DNA of 64,000 nucleotides from Callorhinchus milii (Eukaryota): positions 35,032,001 to 35,096,000 of the forward strand of contig NW_024704742.1 in assembly GCF_018977255.1 (NCBI RefSeq). Direction: 5' to 3'. Position numbers and translations under genes: made by a program. How positions within the stretch are numbered: position 1 is the stretch's first letter; each line of letters opens with the position of its first letter. The notes beneath the pieces were generated by a model. That model saw only the letters and a list, made by a program, of their open reading frames with translations, made no database searches and was not told the origin of the DNA. Below, one piece after another: positions 38,435 through 51,559 of this stretch.

Positions 38435-39352
38435 CAATTTTCGGGGTCAAAATTTTAAAGTTTGCAGATGAAAGAAACTTGAGAATGTAGTAAATAGTGA
38501 GTAGGGTGGTAGGAGAATACAGTAGGATGTAGCCAAAGTGGTGAAATGGGAAGACACCTGGCAGATGAAGTTTAATGCAGAGAAGTGTGAGGTAATGCAT
38601 TTTGGGAGGAAGAATGAGGAGCGGCAATACACACTAAATGGTAAAGTATTAAAGCGGTACAGGAGCAAAGTATTTGAAGGTGACAGGACAGGTTGATCGA
38701 GCTGTTAAAAAATCGTATGGGATCCTTGGCTTTATAAATAGAAGTATAGAGTACAAAACCAAGGAAGTTCTGCTAAACCTTTATAAGTCACTGGTTAGAC
38801 CTCAGCTGGAGTATTGTGTCCAATTCGGGGCACCACACTTTAGGAAGGATATCACGGCCTTAGAGGAGAAGAGATTTACCAGAATGGTACCAGGGATGAG
38901 GAACTTTAGTTATGTGAAGAGACTAGTGAAGTTGAGATTGTTCTCCTTAGAGCAGAGAGGTTAAAAGGAGATTTAATAGAGGTGTTCAAAATTATGAGGG
39001 ATTTTGATAGAATAGATAAGGGGAAACTGTTTCCACTGGCAGGTGAGTCGGTAACCAGGGGACATAGTTTTTAAGATAATTGGCAAATGAACCAGAGGGA
39101 AGATGAAGAGATTTTTTTTTACAGAAAGTTGTTACGGTCTGGAATGCATTGTCTGAAAGGGTGGTGGAAACAGATTCAATAACGACTTTCAAAAGGGAAT
39201 GAGATAGGTACTTGAAGAAGAAAAATTTGCAAGCATATGGGGAAGGAGCAGGGGGATGGGACTGATTGGATAGCTCTTCCAAAGAGCTGGCACAGGCTCG
39301 ATGGGCTGAATGGGCTCCTTCTGTGCTGTAATATTCTGATTCTATGATTCTA
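38435..39352 (+). mobile_element. CR1-clade LINE 3' fragment
   Basis: KFAD, WQMKFNAEKCEVMHFG, LYKSLVRPQLEYCVQF; (ATTCTATG)-type tail. Shorter CR1 tails near 23258-23408, 32965-33250, 39800-39945 and 40305-40452. Confidence 0.92.
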
Positions 39353-39428
39353 AAAGTAATGAAATCACACCACTGCCAGTTCAGTAATTACACTATTTTT
39401 TAGTAAAAACCTGGGCTCTCTTTTGCAG

Positions 39429-39643
39429 AATCTGGATTTCTGGACGATGTTAACTATGACAGGATCACTCTTGGCCCTGGTTATGATCGACCGTTCCAGT
39501 TTGACCCAAATGTGAGAGAATCTAAAACCATCCAGTTGTACAAACACCTGAACCTGAAGAGCTGTATCTGGACGTTCAATGCTTACTACGACATGACTGA
39601 GCTGATTGACGTGTGCGGTGGCTCTGTGACAGCTGACTTCCAG
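39429..39643 (+). CDS. FRAS1: FRAS1 window exon 31 (SGFLDDVNYD...VCGGSVTADFQ)
   Basis: TGCAG| acceptor, AG|GTGAGA donor. Confidence 0.96.
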
Positions 39644-40609
39644 GTGAGATATTTTCTAAACATTGAAGCGTCAGAAGAGGAGTTAGTCCTTGCATCAATA
39701 TTATGCACTTTTTTTTACAGCCTCCTTCTCCCCAACCTGTCTTTTATATAAAAAGTAATACAGTAATAGTTATCACATTGAAAAATCCATATTAGCATTC
39801 AAAAAGGAACTACATAGATCTCTAAAAAGAAGCAAACTACAGGGTGTGGGGAAAATATAGGGAAATGGGACTGAAATGGTTGCTCTTTAAAAGAACCAGC
39901 ACAGACACGATGAGCTTCTTCTGTGCTGTCAATTTCTATAGTTTGATAAAAAGTTTCAAAGTGCTTCACACATTGTGTTACTGTCCCCAAGCCTTGGCTC
40001 TTTCCAACCTGGTCCCAATACTCGTTGGATTTATGTAGGCTGTCCCTCTAGGGAGAGATTGTGCATTCCATTCCTAAAAATAGCGGGGGAATTTCCATGT
40101 GTTAGTGAGATCCATGGGATTTTCATTTTGGATTGGATGCTCTGACCAAAACAAATTATTGTTTTAAAGTGTTATGTGGGGGGAAAATGTAGCAGCTGAT
40201 CCATTTAAATAAAATCCCACAAACAGAATGAGGTGAATGTCTAGTTAATCTACTTTGGTGAATTTGGATAGGAAGAAAATGTGGATCTTTGCAACTCTGT
40301 ATCAGGAACATAAAATTTTGGGAGGACAAGTTTGTAGGGCTATGGAGAGAAAGCGGGGGAGTGGGATTGATTTGGATAGCTTTTCAAAGAGCGGACAAGG
40401 AAACAATGGGCCAAATGGCCTCCTTCTGTGCTGTATAATCCTATGATTCTATGAAATGAATTGGATAGAGTCCACAGTGAAGCAGGATGGACATGGTCTA
40501 CATACCGAAGGATCAGGGTTTATGTCTATCAAAAAGTTTGTTCTGTTCGCCCATCTCCCCCAAATACTATGCGTATGCTGTATACATTGTATATTGCTTT
40601 GATTGACAG

Positions 40610-40760
40610 GTGCGTGACTCGGCTCAGTCATTCCTGACCGTGTCGGTGCCATTGTACGTGTCTTACATTTACGTGACAGCACCACGAGGCTGGGCTTCAT
40701 TGGAGCATCACACTGAGATGGAGTTCTCCTTCTTTTATGACACGGTTCTTTGGAGAACAG
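40610..40760 (+). CDS. FRAS1: FRAS1 window exon 32 (VRDSAQSFLTV...DTVLWRT)
   Basis: ACAG| acceptor, AG|GTATGT donor. Confidence 0.96.
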
Positions 40761-40878
40761 GTATGTCAAATGAGAGCTACGAAATAAAGCTTTTCTTTCC
40801 ATCCTGTTCCTATTATTTTAATATATGCATGTTTTTAAAAAAAATACCATTTAATTGTGTTCCCGTTACTTGACGTAG

Positions 40879-40986
40879 GCATTCAGACTGACAGTGTGCT
40901 GTCAGCACGACTTCAAATCATACGCATCTACATCAGGGAAGATGGACGACTTGTCATTGAATTCAAGACCCACGCAAAGTTCAGAG
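40879..40986 (+). CDS. FRAS1: FRAS1 window exon 33 (IQTDSVLSARLQIIRIYIREDGRLVIEFKTHAKFR), GC donor
   Basis: GTAG| acceptor; donor AG|GCAAGT is needed to join KFR-G-QFV. Confidence 0.94.
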
Positions 40987-41096
40987 GCAAGTCATTTCCT
41001 TATATGATGAAGAAAGCTCAAAAGGGGGAAGGGTTGGAGTACACTGAATAACAATCTTTGCAAATGATTTTTACAAACACTGTCATGCCTGTGGAT

Positions 41097-41580
41097 CAAC
41101 AACAACAATAAATTGCTTTTATATAGCGCCTTTCATGTTGGAAGGATGTCCCAAGGCACGGGACAGTTAAGGGTTGTTGAAAGCTGGGGGTTGAAATCGA
41201 AGTTAGTGGAGGTGGAGATGGGAGGGTGGCCGGAGATGGGAGGGTGGCTAAAGGTATGGTCAGAGGCAGGAGGCAAGGGAGGGGACGAGGCAAAGGGACT
41301 CCAGGATGGAGTTCCAGAGGGTGGGCACAGAAATGCTCAAGGCCTGACCAACAATGGCACAGTGGGCAAGGTGAGGGACATGGGGCAGACCAGTGCCTTC
41401 TGAGCAGAGGGAGCAGGTATGGTGTTAATAGGTTGCAGAGGTAGGAGGAGCACAACCGTGGAGGGCTTTAAAAGTGAGGATGAGGATTTTAAACTCAACC
41501 CACTAATGCATGGGGAGCCAGTGGAGCCGGACGAGGATGGGTGGTCGGGTCACGGAGCTTGGTACATGAGAGGACATGAG
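41097..41580 (-). mobile_element. L2 LINE 3' fragment
   Basis: L2 tail and ORF2 C-terminal remnants. Confidence 0.85.
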
Positions 41581-42030
41581 TTTTGACTGTTCATCATCCA
41601 ATGTTGTACATACAAGACTGCTCTACGTTACCATCAATGTAAAAAGCGTATGACAACTTTATTATAAAACGAGAAAGAACAAAGTAGAACCAAATTATAG
41701 GACATTAATCTTGTTACAATTATAATTTACATTCATATAGCATCTTTCAGATCAGGAGGGTATCTCAAAGCCTTCGCACAGCTAACTGGGAGCTAGGGAT
41801 TAAAAAAAATAGGTTTGAAGTTTGAAATCAGATGGTCACTGGACAGTCACTAGACTACAGTAAATCCTGTGCTTTGAGATGTCATCCTGATGTGAAAGGC
41901 TGTATGCCACATTATTATTAGTATTAAATAGTTTTAAATCTATTTTTAAATAAAGAGCTTTCCAAATGTATCCAAATGCCGGTTTGGTTGCATCATAAGA
42001 GTCCTCAATCACGTGCTTTTCCCTCCACAG

Positions 42031-42190
42031 GTCAATTTGTGATGGACCACCACACGCTACCCAGTCAAAAATCTGAAATCGTAGCTCCCGGTCACCTGGG
42101 AGGTATAGAATTTGACCTGCAGTTGCTCTGGAGCGCTCAGACATTTGACTCCCCTTATCAGCTGTGGCGAGCAACTAGTTCATACAACAG
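42031..42190 (+). CDS. FRAS1: FRAS1 window exon 34 (QFVMDHHTLP...WRATSSYN)
   Basis: ACAG| acceptor, AG|GTAGAG donor. Confidence 0.96.
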
Positions 42191-43788
42191 GTAGAGGACA
42201 TTAAACCTTTCTTTTGGAGAACTTTGTCTAAAGAAAACTACCAGCGCTTTGGGACGTGCTCCCGACATGAAAGGCGCTCTATAAATGTAATTTTGTTGTA
42301 CTGTTTTTTTTAAACCATTGTCATTAACTTACACAGAAGCAGAATATTATTTTGTTCTAAACCAATATGCTGTTATATAGTCCTGAACTATAGATTGTAA
42401 ATATTTTATGTTTTCACCGCATTAGAAAGGGGGAGAGGAGAAATACCTTTATTTCTACTTCTTATTGTCTTTCTGGTAAACCTAGTGTTATTGTGCAGTG
42501 ATTTCGCTCATATAAAACTGTTAGCTGTACAAAATTTCAAATGGAAATCTTGTCATCAAAAATAATGATTCTTTTATTTCTGATTCATTCTAGTCTGAGA
42601 GTAAACCGTGTCTGTAGCTCATGTCCCACTCACAATCTATTGCATAGAGGAAAATTGATGACCTTGCACAGATGGTGAAATGTTGCCTGATCTGATGAAG
42701 TGGAGAGCACACTTGATGGATCAAATAGTCCACACGGAACCTATAGTTTAATTTTGATCAGAACACTCAATGGGGGTAAATCATTGTAGCTTATTTTTTT
42801 TAACAGTTTCTCTTTAAATAATGTTAAGGGTTGTTTTGGAGTTCATTTCTAAAACTTAAATTCTTGCCAGAAAAATACCACCCCAATCCTATTTACATTA
42901 AAGTGCCAGCGAATCATTAATCCACTTTGGGCCTCAATACAAAATAATGTAATGCAATGGCACAGGTTGTATGGTTACTTAGGCAATAGTCATACAATAT
43001 TAGGTAGGACAGCAAACCTCCAGCCAACAAGCTAGGCAACATGAGGAGATACTAGAAACCATTGGAGTTACGAATGATGAAAGCCATTCCTGTACAGTAT
43101 TGTCAGCAGAAGCTATGTCTCTGACCTCAGGCAGAAACAGTTCCTGTTAAATAATTGTATTGACAAACGTGAAAAAACAGACAGTGCATTTTTTTATGTG
43201 AAATTTTTGAAGAAGCAAATAAATATGGAAGTGAGACTGATTGCAATCTAATATGAACAAAAATGAGTCTGTTTCAGATGATGTTATGAGCCAGACTGGA
43301 TGAATTTTGTCACTAAGTTAACCTTTGTTTATCTAGCAGCATAAAACATTTTGTTTACAGAATAATGCATTTTTTGTTCAGTCTACTCTAAAGTTGAAAT
43401 GCAAAAACTGCTTTTAACTGAATTCTGTTTAATTAAAGATTACATGACTGAAATAGTTCTTTGTAGTTACTGACTATTTCTATGTGATTTTTTAAGCCTG
43501 TCAGATTTTGAAAATGAGTAAGTATACTTCTCACCACACTATCATGTGTAATATTCCATTCAATAGCTCTGGCAGAGCCAGGAAAATGTTTATAATTGCA
43601 TCCTTTTTAAAAACTTGCAGAACAATTATTGTATTCTGTAAAATGTATACAGTGTTATGCATAGCACTAGATTAAATGGTTAAATATTTGCAGAACTGCA
43701 ATGTTGAGATGAATTGTCAGTAGTTTTATTTAAGGTCCATTGTTTGCTCTGTATGGTAAATAATTTTTCTTTATGCATTTGTCCACAG

Positions 43789-43905
43789 AAAAGATTATTC
43801 AGGAGAGTACACTATTCTTCTGATTCCTTGTACTGTGCAACCCACACAACCTTGGATCGACCCTGGAGACAAGCCCCTGGCCTGTACCGCACATGCTGTT
43901 GAGAA
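43789..43905 (+). CDS. FRAS1: FRAS1 window exon 35 (KDYSGEYTILLIPCTVQPTQPWIDPGDKPLACTAHAVE)
   Basis: ACAG| acceptor, AA|GTATGT donor. Confidence 0.95.
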
Positions 43906-44499
43906 GTATGTTCATCCTGATTTGACTGTACAAATTGCTAATCCGTTTTAGAACATTTTTGCACCAAACATCTGAAATCTAGTTTTTGCTTAATTCATGG
44001 TGAGCGAACGTTTAACATTGAATGTTTGTGGTGGCGAGCTGATTGTTCAATAAACCATGAGAGCGGATCTTGAGATTAAATTACGGCTTCAAACTGTACC
44101 TCTTGTGTCCGGTCTACCAGCTGTATATTTTTAATAATATATACTGTGGTCTCAATAAAATGAAAAGAATAGTAATGATAGCTGATTGAAGGCCAGCAGT
44201 ACATTATTGTGGCTTTGTGAGGAACTGCTGTGTTGTCAGCAGTGCAGAACAATATTGTCACATCTTTCATGGGATAAGATAGAGGGAAATCATTTACTGC
44301 AGCAATTCTTGTTGCTTAAAGAACGTCATTTAAGCATATATAGTTTATCTCAGGATCTAGCAATCTTTCTAGCACCCTTCCTAATATAAGTCGGGCCCTA
44401 CCTAAGACACAGATATTTTTCCTGTGATTCAAAGTCAATGCATCATTTGCTACAGATGCAAAAATTGGTTCACTAGTGAAAAATCTAACAGGTATGAAT

Positions 44500-44805
44500 G
44501 TCAGCCTAGCTCAGTCAGCATTTGTGCCTATGGTTCAGAAGGTTGCAGGTTCAAGGACCATGTTAGGAGTTCATCGTCCAGGGTGATATTCCAGTGCAGT
44601 ACTGAGGGGGCACTGCACTGTCCAACTTACCATGTTTTCAATAAGATATGAAATCAAACCCAGATCTACTTGATTTAGATAGATGTTCAAGATCCCATGA
44701 CATTATTTCAAAATAGAGGGACCTTATCCTTCTGTGTTCTGGACAACAGTTCTCTAGATGAAATGGTATTCACCCTATTGCTGTTTGTGGGACCTTGCTG
44801 GTGTA
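44500..44805 (+). mobile_element. Deu-like SINE (interrupted by an L2 tail)
   Basis: Head and core homologous to the 24282 copy. Confidence 0.7.
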
Positions 44806-44807
44806 AG

Positions 44808-45030
44808 AAGTTTCTCTTTGACCGAGTCTTCAGCTCCCCTCTCGACTCTCTTCCCCCTTCTCGCTCCCTCCCATCCCTCCCCTCACCCTGACCATTTCCC
44901 CCCTCCTCGCTCCCTCCCCTCCCCCTGACCATTTCCCCCCTGCTCGGGTCATGACCCAACTGTGCAGCGCCTTGGGACGTCCTCCTGACGTGAAAGGCGC
45001 TTTATAAATAGAATCTTGTTGTTGTTGTTG
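44808..45030 (+). mobile_element. L2 LINE 3' end nested in a Deu-SINE
   Basis: Nearly identical to 61980-62168; (TTG)n tail. Confidence 0.85.
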
Positions 45031-45596
45031 TAAAGGAATGTTGAGGTTGCCTGCAAAACAGTCAGCACTTGACAGTACTCACTATGAACATCATTAGGAA
45101 GTTCAACATCTGACAATGCTGCATTCCCCCATCAGTGTATTGGATAGTCACTGACCAATGCAAAATCACCTGGAATTGTTTTCACTTGTTATTAATTGCA
45201 TAATGAAGAGCAATTGCACAAGGTTTACACAACTCACAAATTAGACCCAAAGAGTGAAAGATCTGAACGGTCAAACACATTTTTTTTACTCTGATGTACC
45301 CCAAAGTATACATTAAGCTGTAGCCAAAGAGTAAATGGTAGGGAGAGGTAGACCACATTCAAAAGCTGGTAGTTTCAATATGTTTTAAACTCTAAATGTA
45401 GCAGTACTGCATTGTACCAGTGCAAAAAACAGAGACAAAGTTTTAATTATTATAAAGAATTGTAGTTTCAAAAGCATTTGTTGTATGTAATCTCTTATTG
45501 CTGCATTTATTTATAACTTCTGATTCTGCAGAAATAAATGTTTTTTGAAAGAAACTGTGAGATGTACATTTAAATTGTGTTTCTTTTTCTGTCAAG

Positions 45597-45763
45597 GTTC
45601 CTTGTCCCCATTGCATTCCAACAGACCAATCGTCCCGTTCCAGTGGTCTATTCCCTCAACACAGAGTTTCATCTTTGTAATAATGATAAAGTTTTTATGA
45701 TGGATCCCTCCGAAACTGAGATGTCCTTAGCTGAAATGGATTATAAAGGAGCCTTCTCTATGG
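45597..45763 (+). CDS. FRAS1: FRAS1 window exon 36 (FLVPIAFQQTNRPVPVVYSLNTEF...GAFSM)
   Basis: CAAG| acceptor, G|GTCTGC donor (weak consensus). Confidence 0.95.
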
Positions 45764-47465
45764 GTCTGCATCTTTTTTATTAAATTATTTGAAATGAAAG
45801 AAAGCTTCTGCAAAGTAGAATCTATTGCAAACTTCTTTTTGAAAAAGTGTTTTTGTGGTCCCAGGAGAATTTATAACGGCATAGTCCCACAGTTGACTGT
45901 CATAATAATAATAATAATAATCCTTCATGTGATATTGTGCCTTCTCATGTGGTCAAAACATCTCAAAGCACTTCATGGGATTTTACTATAAAGTGTAGTG
46001 CCTGTGTTTGTAGCCGAACGGGGCAGCCAATTTGTACACAACAGCAATAAATTACATTTGTACAGCACCTTTCACTTCGGAAGGATGTCCCTAGGTGCTG
46101 GACAGTCAGTGCAATGTCCTGCAAACATCTGTGTATTAAATTATGAATTTAAGTTGGAAGTTTGTTAGCACCGCTCAGTATTACTCAGTGCATATATTTT
46201 ATATGGGGAAAACTGCAACTTTTGATTTACATCATATTTATTTTTGCTAAATTGTCATGTATGCAATTTTATTGGGCTGGATTTCATCCATTTTTGTCAT
46301 TCGCTTAATCTTGTTCTGCACTGTTATTCAAATGGTGTTATAACTTTAGTAAGTAGTCTTCAAATAAAAGTGCAGGTAGGAGTCAAAGTAATTTCCTCTA
46401 TTCATAGAGCAGGAGCTAAAACTATGTTTAAAAAAAAACAAACGTTCAAATAGTGGTATTGATTTCTCATCAAAGTAGTAATTTACACTTCTCAAAAATG
46501 GATAGGGTTCACTTGCTGAATGCTCTAACTGGAAGTGATGATTACACCAAACAAGATAACGGGTTTTCCAGGAATTCTGTTTTGACAAACTCTTAAGTCT
46601 AAGATGTCTCTTGTTTCTGGCATAACTTTTTTATCTAGTATCCCAGTCAAGACCTCCCTTTCTCTACCCCTGCCCCCCCAACCTCCCAATTCAAGTGAGT
46701 AGGGGGCTGGCTCTGTCACTTGGCAGTATGATTATAGTTATCTAAACTGTCCAGGGCACATACATCCATATTGCTAAGAATTTAGAAGAAAAAAACACAG
46801 CATATTGGAAATATCTTTTACTATAAAGAGCACAAATAAAAGGGTGAACCAGAGGCGTTTTCAGTTTCAGCAACCAACCAATTCACTGTAGTCTTTCATT
46901 AGCTTTCATTCCTTCTGCCCACCAACACAACAGCATTTGAGGAGCATCTCTAAACCACGTTATTTCAAAGGTTATACTTAAATGTGGGTCACGGAGTCTG
47001 TAATTGGAGCTCTGTGCAATAGATTGTGTTGTGTTGGCCCTGATGCAGATATCTGTAATGCCTACAAATACAGTCACTACACTTTAAAGTAAATCCTGTG
47101 AAGAAGCACTGTGAGATGTTCAAATACATCAAAAGGTCCTATATCAAATCCAAGCATTATTGTATTATTATTATGTTAAAACATTACCAGTTCAGGCTCA
47201 GACCTATTGAAAACATTTCCTTGTCATATCTGACAACAAATTCATTGAACGTGCACCAGCCAAGTAAGTGGGAGATGTAAGTGGCTACCGGCCCCTACAG
47301 AAAGGACAACCTTGCATTTCCAAAGTTTCTAGTCCTTCAGAATACTGAAACATATGATAATTGCAGAGTGTGTTTATATATAGCAAGGAATGTCCAATTG
47401 CATGTGCCATAACCACATCATGAACCATTGCCCAAGAGATTCATTCACTTCTCTTGTTTTAATAG

Positions 47466-47671
47466 GTCAGACATTATATGGACGTGTTCTCTGGAACCCA
47501 GAACAGAACCTCAACTCTGCATACAGGCTACAACTAGAGAAGGTGTACCTCTGCACTGGGAAAGATGGTTATGTCCCTTTCTTTGATCCCACTGGGACTA
47601 TTTATAACGAGGGTCCCCAGTATGGTTGTATCCAGCCCAACAAACACTTGAAACATAGATTCCTGCTTTTG
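47466..47671 (+). CDS. FRAS1: FRAS1 window exon 37 (QTLYGRVLWNPEQNLNSAY...HRFLLL)
   Basis: ATAG| acceptor, TG|GTAGGT donor. Confidence 0.96.
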
Positions 47672-48227
47672 GTAGGTTTAAGATATATTTATCCGTGGGC
47701 TGGGGAGGGAGGGAGGAAGTTAAGCCATATTTAATGTTGTTATTCTTACAACATGTCTAAATGTCCTGCAACCTAAAGAATAATTGGAGATTTGTTGAAG
47801 GAATATTACATCTATATTCTACCTTGAAGATAATTTGCCTTAAATACAACCTAGCATGTACGAACATTTCAGCTGAAAGTTCAAGATTGCATAGAATTGT
47901 GGCAAATTGCTAAACTCCATCTTAATTTAAGCACTGAGACACGCTTCCCTGCGTGAGAGGGGCTGTAAGAATGCGAGTTGTTGTAATTTGGAAACTGAAT
48001 CTTTTCAAGAACTGCAGAAAAGGAGCTTCCAAATTAAGGCTTAAATGAACAATTTTCCACAATTCTGCATGATCTTGAATGTTAAAACAGACAATCTTAG
48101 AGCCGAAGACTAGGAGGATTTTTGGGTGTTGTCTTAAATATGCTGCTATTTTGGGTATATTTGAGCAGAATCAGTATATACTGCTGATGGTTGAATATTT
48201 CTATTTATTCTTTCCACTTTATTAAAG

Positions 48228-48374
48228 GATCGGAACCAACCAGAGGTAACGGACCAGTATTTTCATGATGTTCCATTTGATGCTAACTTTGCATCGGATG
48301 CACCTGAGTTTCACGTCATGAGGCACATGCCTGGAGTGGATGGCTTTACCATGAAGGTGGATGCCCTTTACAAG
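48228..48374 (+). CDS. FRAS1: FRAS1 window exon 38 (DRNQPEVTDQYFHDVPF...VDALYK)
   Basis: AAAG| acceptor, AG|GTTTGT donor. Confidence 0.95.
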
Positions 48375-48764
48375 GTTTGTCTGTTTCCTTCCCATTGCCA
48401 TGCCAAAATAGCAGTCAGGCTTCCTGCAACACAATGTTCGAAGCAGCATCCTCAATCATTGCACAGCCAGAAGTTAGTGGTGCAGTCAATTTTTATGGCT
48501 TGTTCAGGGAGATTAAACAGAACAAAATGCTCTCAAAGAGGCTTGAATTGCACAATTTTAATTCGATTTGCAAATTCTAGAAATTTACCCTTTTGTGATA
48601 GTAATTTGTTCTGCCCCTTTTTTAAAAAAACAATGATTGCAAAACCAATATAAAACTTCTCCACTCACATGCTGCTTTGTTTCTTAAGTATATGTTTTTG
48701 TGCTTTTATTCCAGGAAAATAGTTACCTCCAGTGGTAGGAATATGGTGACATTTTACATGTTTA

Positions 48765-49145
48765 CAATACAATACAAAATTTCATTTCTATAGCGCCTTT
48801 CATGTCGAGTGGACATCCCAAGGTGCTGGACAGCTGGCGGGGGTGGGTTGGGATCAGGTAGGGTAAGGAGGGTGCCCAATGATGGTGTGTTCGAAAAGGA
48901 GGGTGTTGAAATGTACCTTGAAGGAGGCAAGGGAGGGAGCAAGGTGAAGGGAATGTGGGATAGAATTCCAGAGGGTGGAGGCAGAGAGGCTGAAGGCCTG
49001 ACTATTGATAGTGGGGTGGACCGGGCGGGGGACATGAAGCAGGCCAGAGCCTGCAGAGCGGAGGGAGCAGACAGGTTGATAAGGGGTTAACAGGTCACAG
49101 AGGTAGGAAGAGGCAAGGCTGTGGAGGGCTTTGAAGGTGAGGACG
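48765..49145 (-). mobile_element. L2 LINE 3' fragment
   Basis: VLTFKALHSLASSYLCDLL on the minus strand; L2 tail. Confidence 0.87.
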
Positions 49146-49260
49146 GGGTTTACATTCAGAGGCGAGCATAACTGCCAGTTGAGGCAGGCTGAACAATTTT
49201 TTTTTGATCCATCCATTGGCAAGAAGTTTTTGTTGACTAAGCTCTTTGCTTTGTTGCCAG

Positions 49261-49839
49261 GTGGAAGCTGGGCATCAATGGTACTTACAAGTCATCTACA
49301 TCATTGGTCCAGAGTCACTTTCTGGACCACGTGTCCAGCGCTCACTCAGCTCCCGTCTGCCACGGACAAAGCGGGATCTGGTGGACAAGGATGGCAAACT
49401 AACACTGGACGACTCATTGATTTATGACAATGAGAACGACAAGGTTAAGAATGGTACCAATATGAAGAACTTAAGATTGGAGTCCGAAGCCTTGGCATCA
49501 ACCTTGCACAAAGATGCATCAATTGGAGGTGCAGTCGCTGCTGTAATGCTCCTCTTCCTCTTCCTCCTTGCTGCTTGCATTTTGGCAAGAAAATGTAAGC
49601 AAAAGAAGAAGCTGCCCAAAGAGATCCCAGAGGAGTATCCACTGAACACAAAAGTGGAAATCTGCAGCAAAACACTGAACAGGCTTGAGAAAAACTTAAA
49701 CAGCAAGCAGTGCACAGTAAAGAATATCAACATTTTAAATAAAAATGATGACATGGTTCGGGTAAAGGGTGTCAAAGTTAAGCAGGTGAACCTAAACGTT
49801 AAGCTCCAAAATAATCTACACGATGGAACAGAGGTTTGA
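49261..49839 (+). CDS. FRAS1: FRAS1 terminal coding exon: furin-type sites (RVQR, RTKR), TM helix, cytoplasmic tail ending DGTEV*
   Basis: CCAG| acceptor; hydrophobic stretch IGGAVAAVMLLFLFLLAACILA; TGA at 49837-49839. Confidence 0.97.
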   Translation: MEAGHQWYLQVIYIIGPESLSGPRVQRSLSSRLPRTKRDLVDKDGKLTLDDSLIYDNENDKVKNGTNMKNLRLESEALASTLHKDASIGGAVAAVMLLFLFLLAACILARKCKQKKKLPKEIPEEYPLNTKVEICSKTLNRLEKNLNSKQCTVKNINILNKNDDMVRVKGVKVKQVNLNVKLQNNLHDGTEV

Positions 49840-51559
49840 TGGCAGACAAATGTTGTTATAAGATATGTAATTCTGGGAGACGGGGTCTGTAAAATCTCGA
49901 GGAAAAAAGGGAAACGATTTCCGTGGTGGTCAGTTATGCAGTGTAATACATTTGGTAATTGAGCTACCTCATTCTATGCAAGCATGTAACACATTATAAT
50001 ACAGCACTCATCCATTTTAGCTGGTGCAGATCCATTCAGGAGTTTAATCATGGTGCAGTATTCCCTCTCCTCCTCATCCCCCCATCTCTATCTCTATTTT
50101 TCTACTGGTAGCTCAAGCCTTGTGTGTGCTTTTAAATATCCAGCATTTTCACCATCTTCTGGCTGGGCTAATGAATTGTTTGAACTGTGTAAATGTAAAC
50201 ACACCAGTGAAAGATCAAACCACTTTAAATTACACATGAGTATTATTGCCTTGTTTCCAGCCAAGCACTCAAATGTGTTCAGTCATGTAAAAGTTTGTTT
50301 ATAACTGGATGAGTTATGTAAATATCCTTTTAAGTGCAATTCCTGTTTGGAGGCAAGGTTCATCCAGGTTGACTTGTGAAACAATCAGGTTGTGTGTTTG
50401 AGAATGCTTGTTCTCTTTATTGGCTTTATTTCGGCCGAAAGGCTTTCAGTTATTATTTTTATACTTACTCATGGTAAAACTTTGGACAAACTGAAATGAG
50501 ACCATTATTGTTGTCTGTTTGGACATCATTTTAAAAAAAACTCCTCTCCTGGCGATGTAATCTTGATTTTAGTGCTTATTTGAAAACAAATATAAATTTA
50601 CAGTGTATTACGTACCATTGCTTTTATATACTGTGTAGTGAAGTAGAAGTGAACTTTATGGTTAAACTGTGTAACGGAGCTCTGTGACAAATCATATTTG
50701 ATTGTTATATTGTTGTATCTATCAATCAACAAGAGGACCTCAGCAGTTTCTGTTGATGAAAGACCATAGCACCCGGGCATACCACTGTTTTCAGTAATTC
50801 CATTCTCTTAAGATAAACACCACCAACATCTCATATTCAGTATGGATCAACCCACTTTCCCACTAGTGCTCGTGCTGTTATTAAGTGACTTAAATTGTGG
50901 TGCTGTAGTTTAATCTTTACATTTGTGTATTTAAAACTTTAGTATGTGGGCTTATGATACGAGTAAACTGACTGCTACATGACATAACCTGAGGTGTTTT
51001 TTTTACTAATAAAGAACATTTTGTTAAATGTGGACAAATTCTATTTTTCTTACTTTGTAGCTCTTTCATAGTTACAACGATGTGCTTTTGTCTTCTTTTA
51101 GTGCTTGAAAAAAAGAAAATAATTTTCACTCGGATACTAAAGCTGTCAATTCAGTCTGGAAAATGCCAGTTTGGGATTTGTTGAATGAATCCTGTTTTCA
51201 CCACGGTTTCTGATATTCTGCTTACACTTTACATTTTGTGGCAAATCATAGAGGGTACAGCTGCAAAACATGCATATTGTGGAGATGCAGACAGCCTGAA
51301 GCCAGGAGGCAGGCTCCTTTCATTGCCTGGAGGAGTTGGTTTCCAGAGCAGTGCAATTCAAGTCAGCGCAACATAATTGTGTCAGGTGCAGAGCGCACTG
51401 GACCCATTCCCAAGTTTGATTCAAAGCTTGAAAGGAGCATTTTTGAACATTATTAAAGAGCCATGTCATGTGACCAGCTCTTTAATAATGTTTAAAAAAA
51501 AACTTGAGTTTGGTGTTCTGCCATGTGCAAAATGCCATTCTCCAGGGCACTGCTGCTGA

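Larger units (their letters stand above)
248..49839 (+). other. FRAS1: FRAS1 gene, 3' portion (39 coding exons; 5' exons lie upstream of the window)
   Basis: Spliced translation matches recalled vertebrate FRAS1 (e.g. GEPGGSFAFKFDVVD, DDGTPRIVTNLGLQWLEY, EWHESFSLVLGPDDPVEA, C-terminus NNLHDGTEV). Exon lengths sum to 7368 nt with consistent phases. Confidence 0.97.

Noticed and set aside
251..49839. Short ORF-track entries as independent genes, including antisense ORFs over exons
   Set aside because: They are FRAS1 exons read into introns, antisense shadows, repeat fragments or chance ORFs.
248..49839. FREM2 or FREM3 instead of FRAS1
   Set aside because: CSPG repeats are split over many small exons and the peptides match FRAS1, including the DGTEV end; FREM2/3 encode most CSPG repeats in one giant exon.
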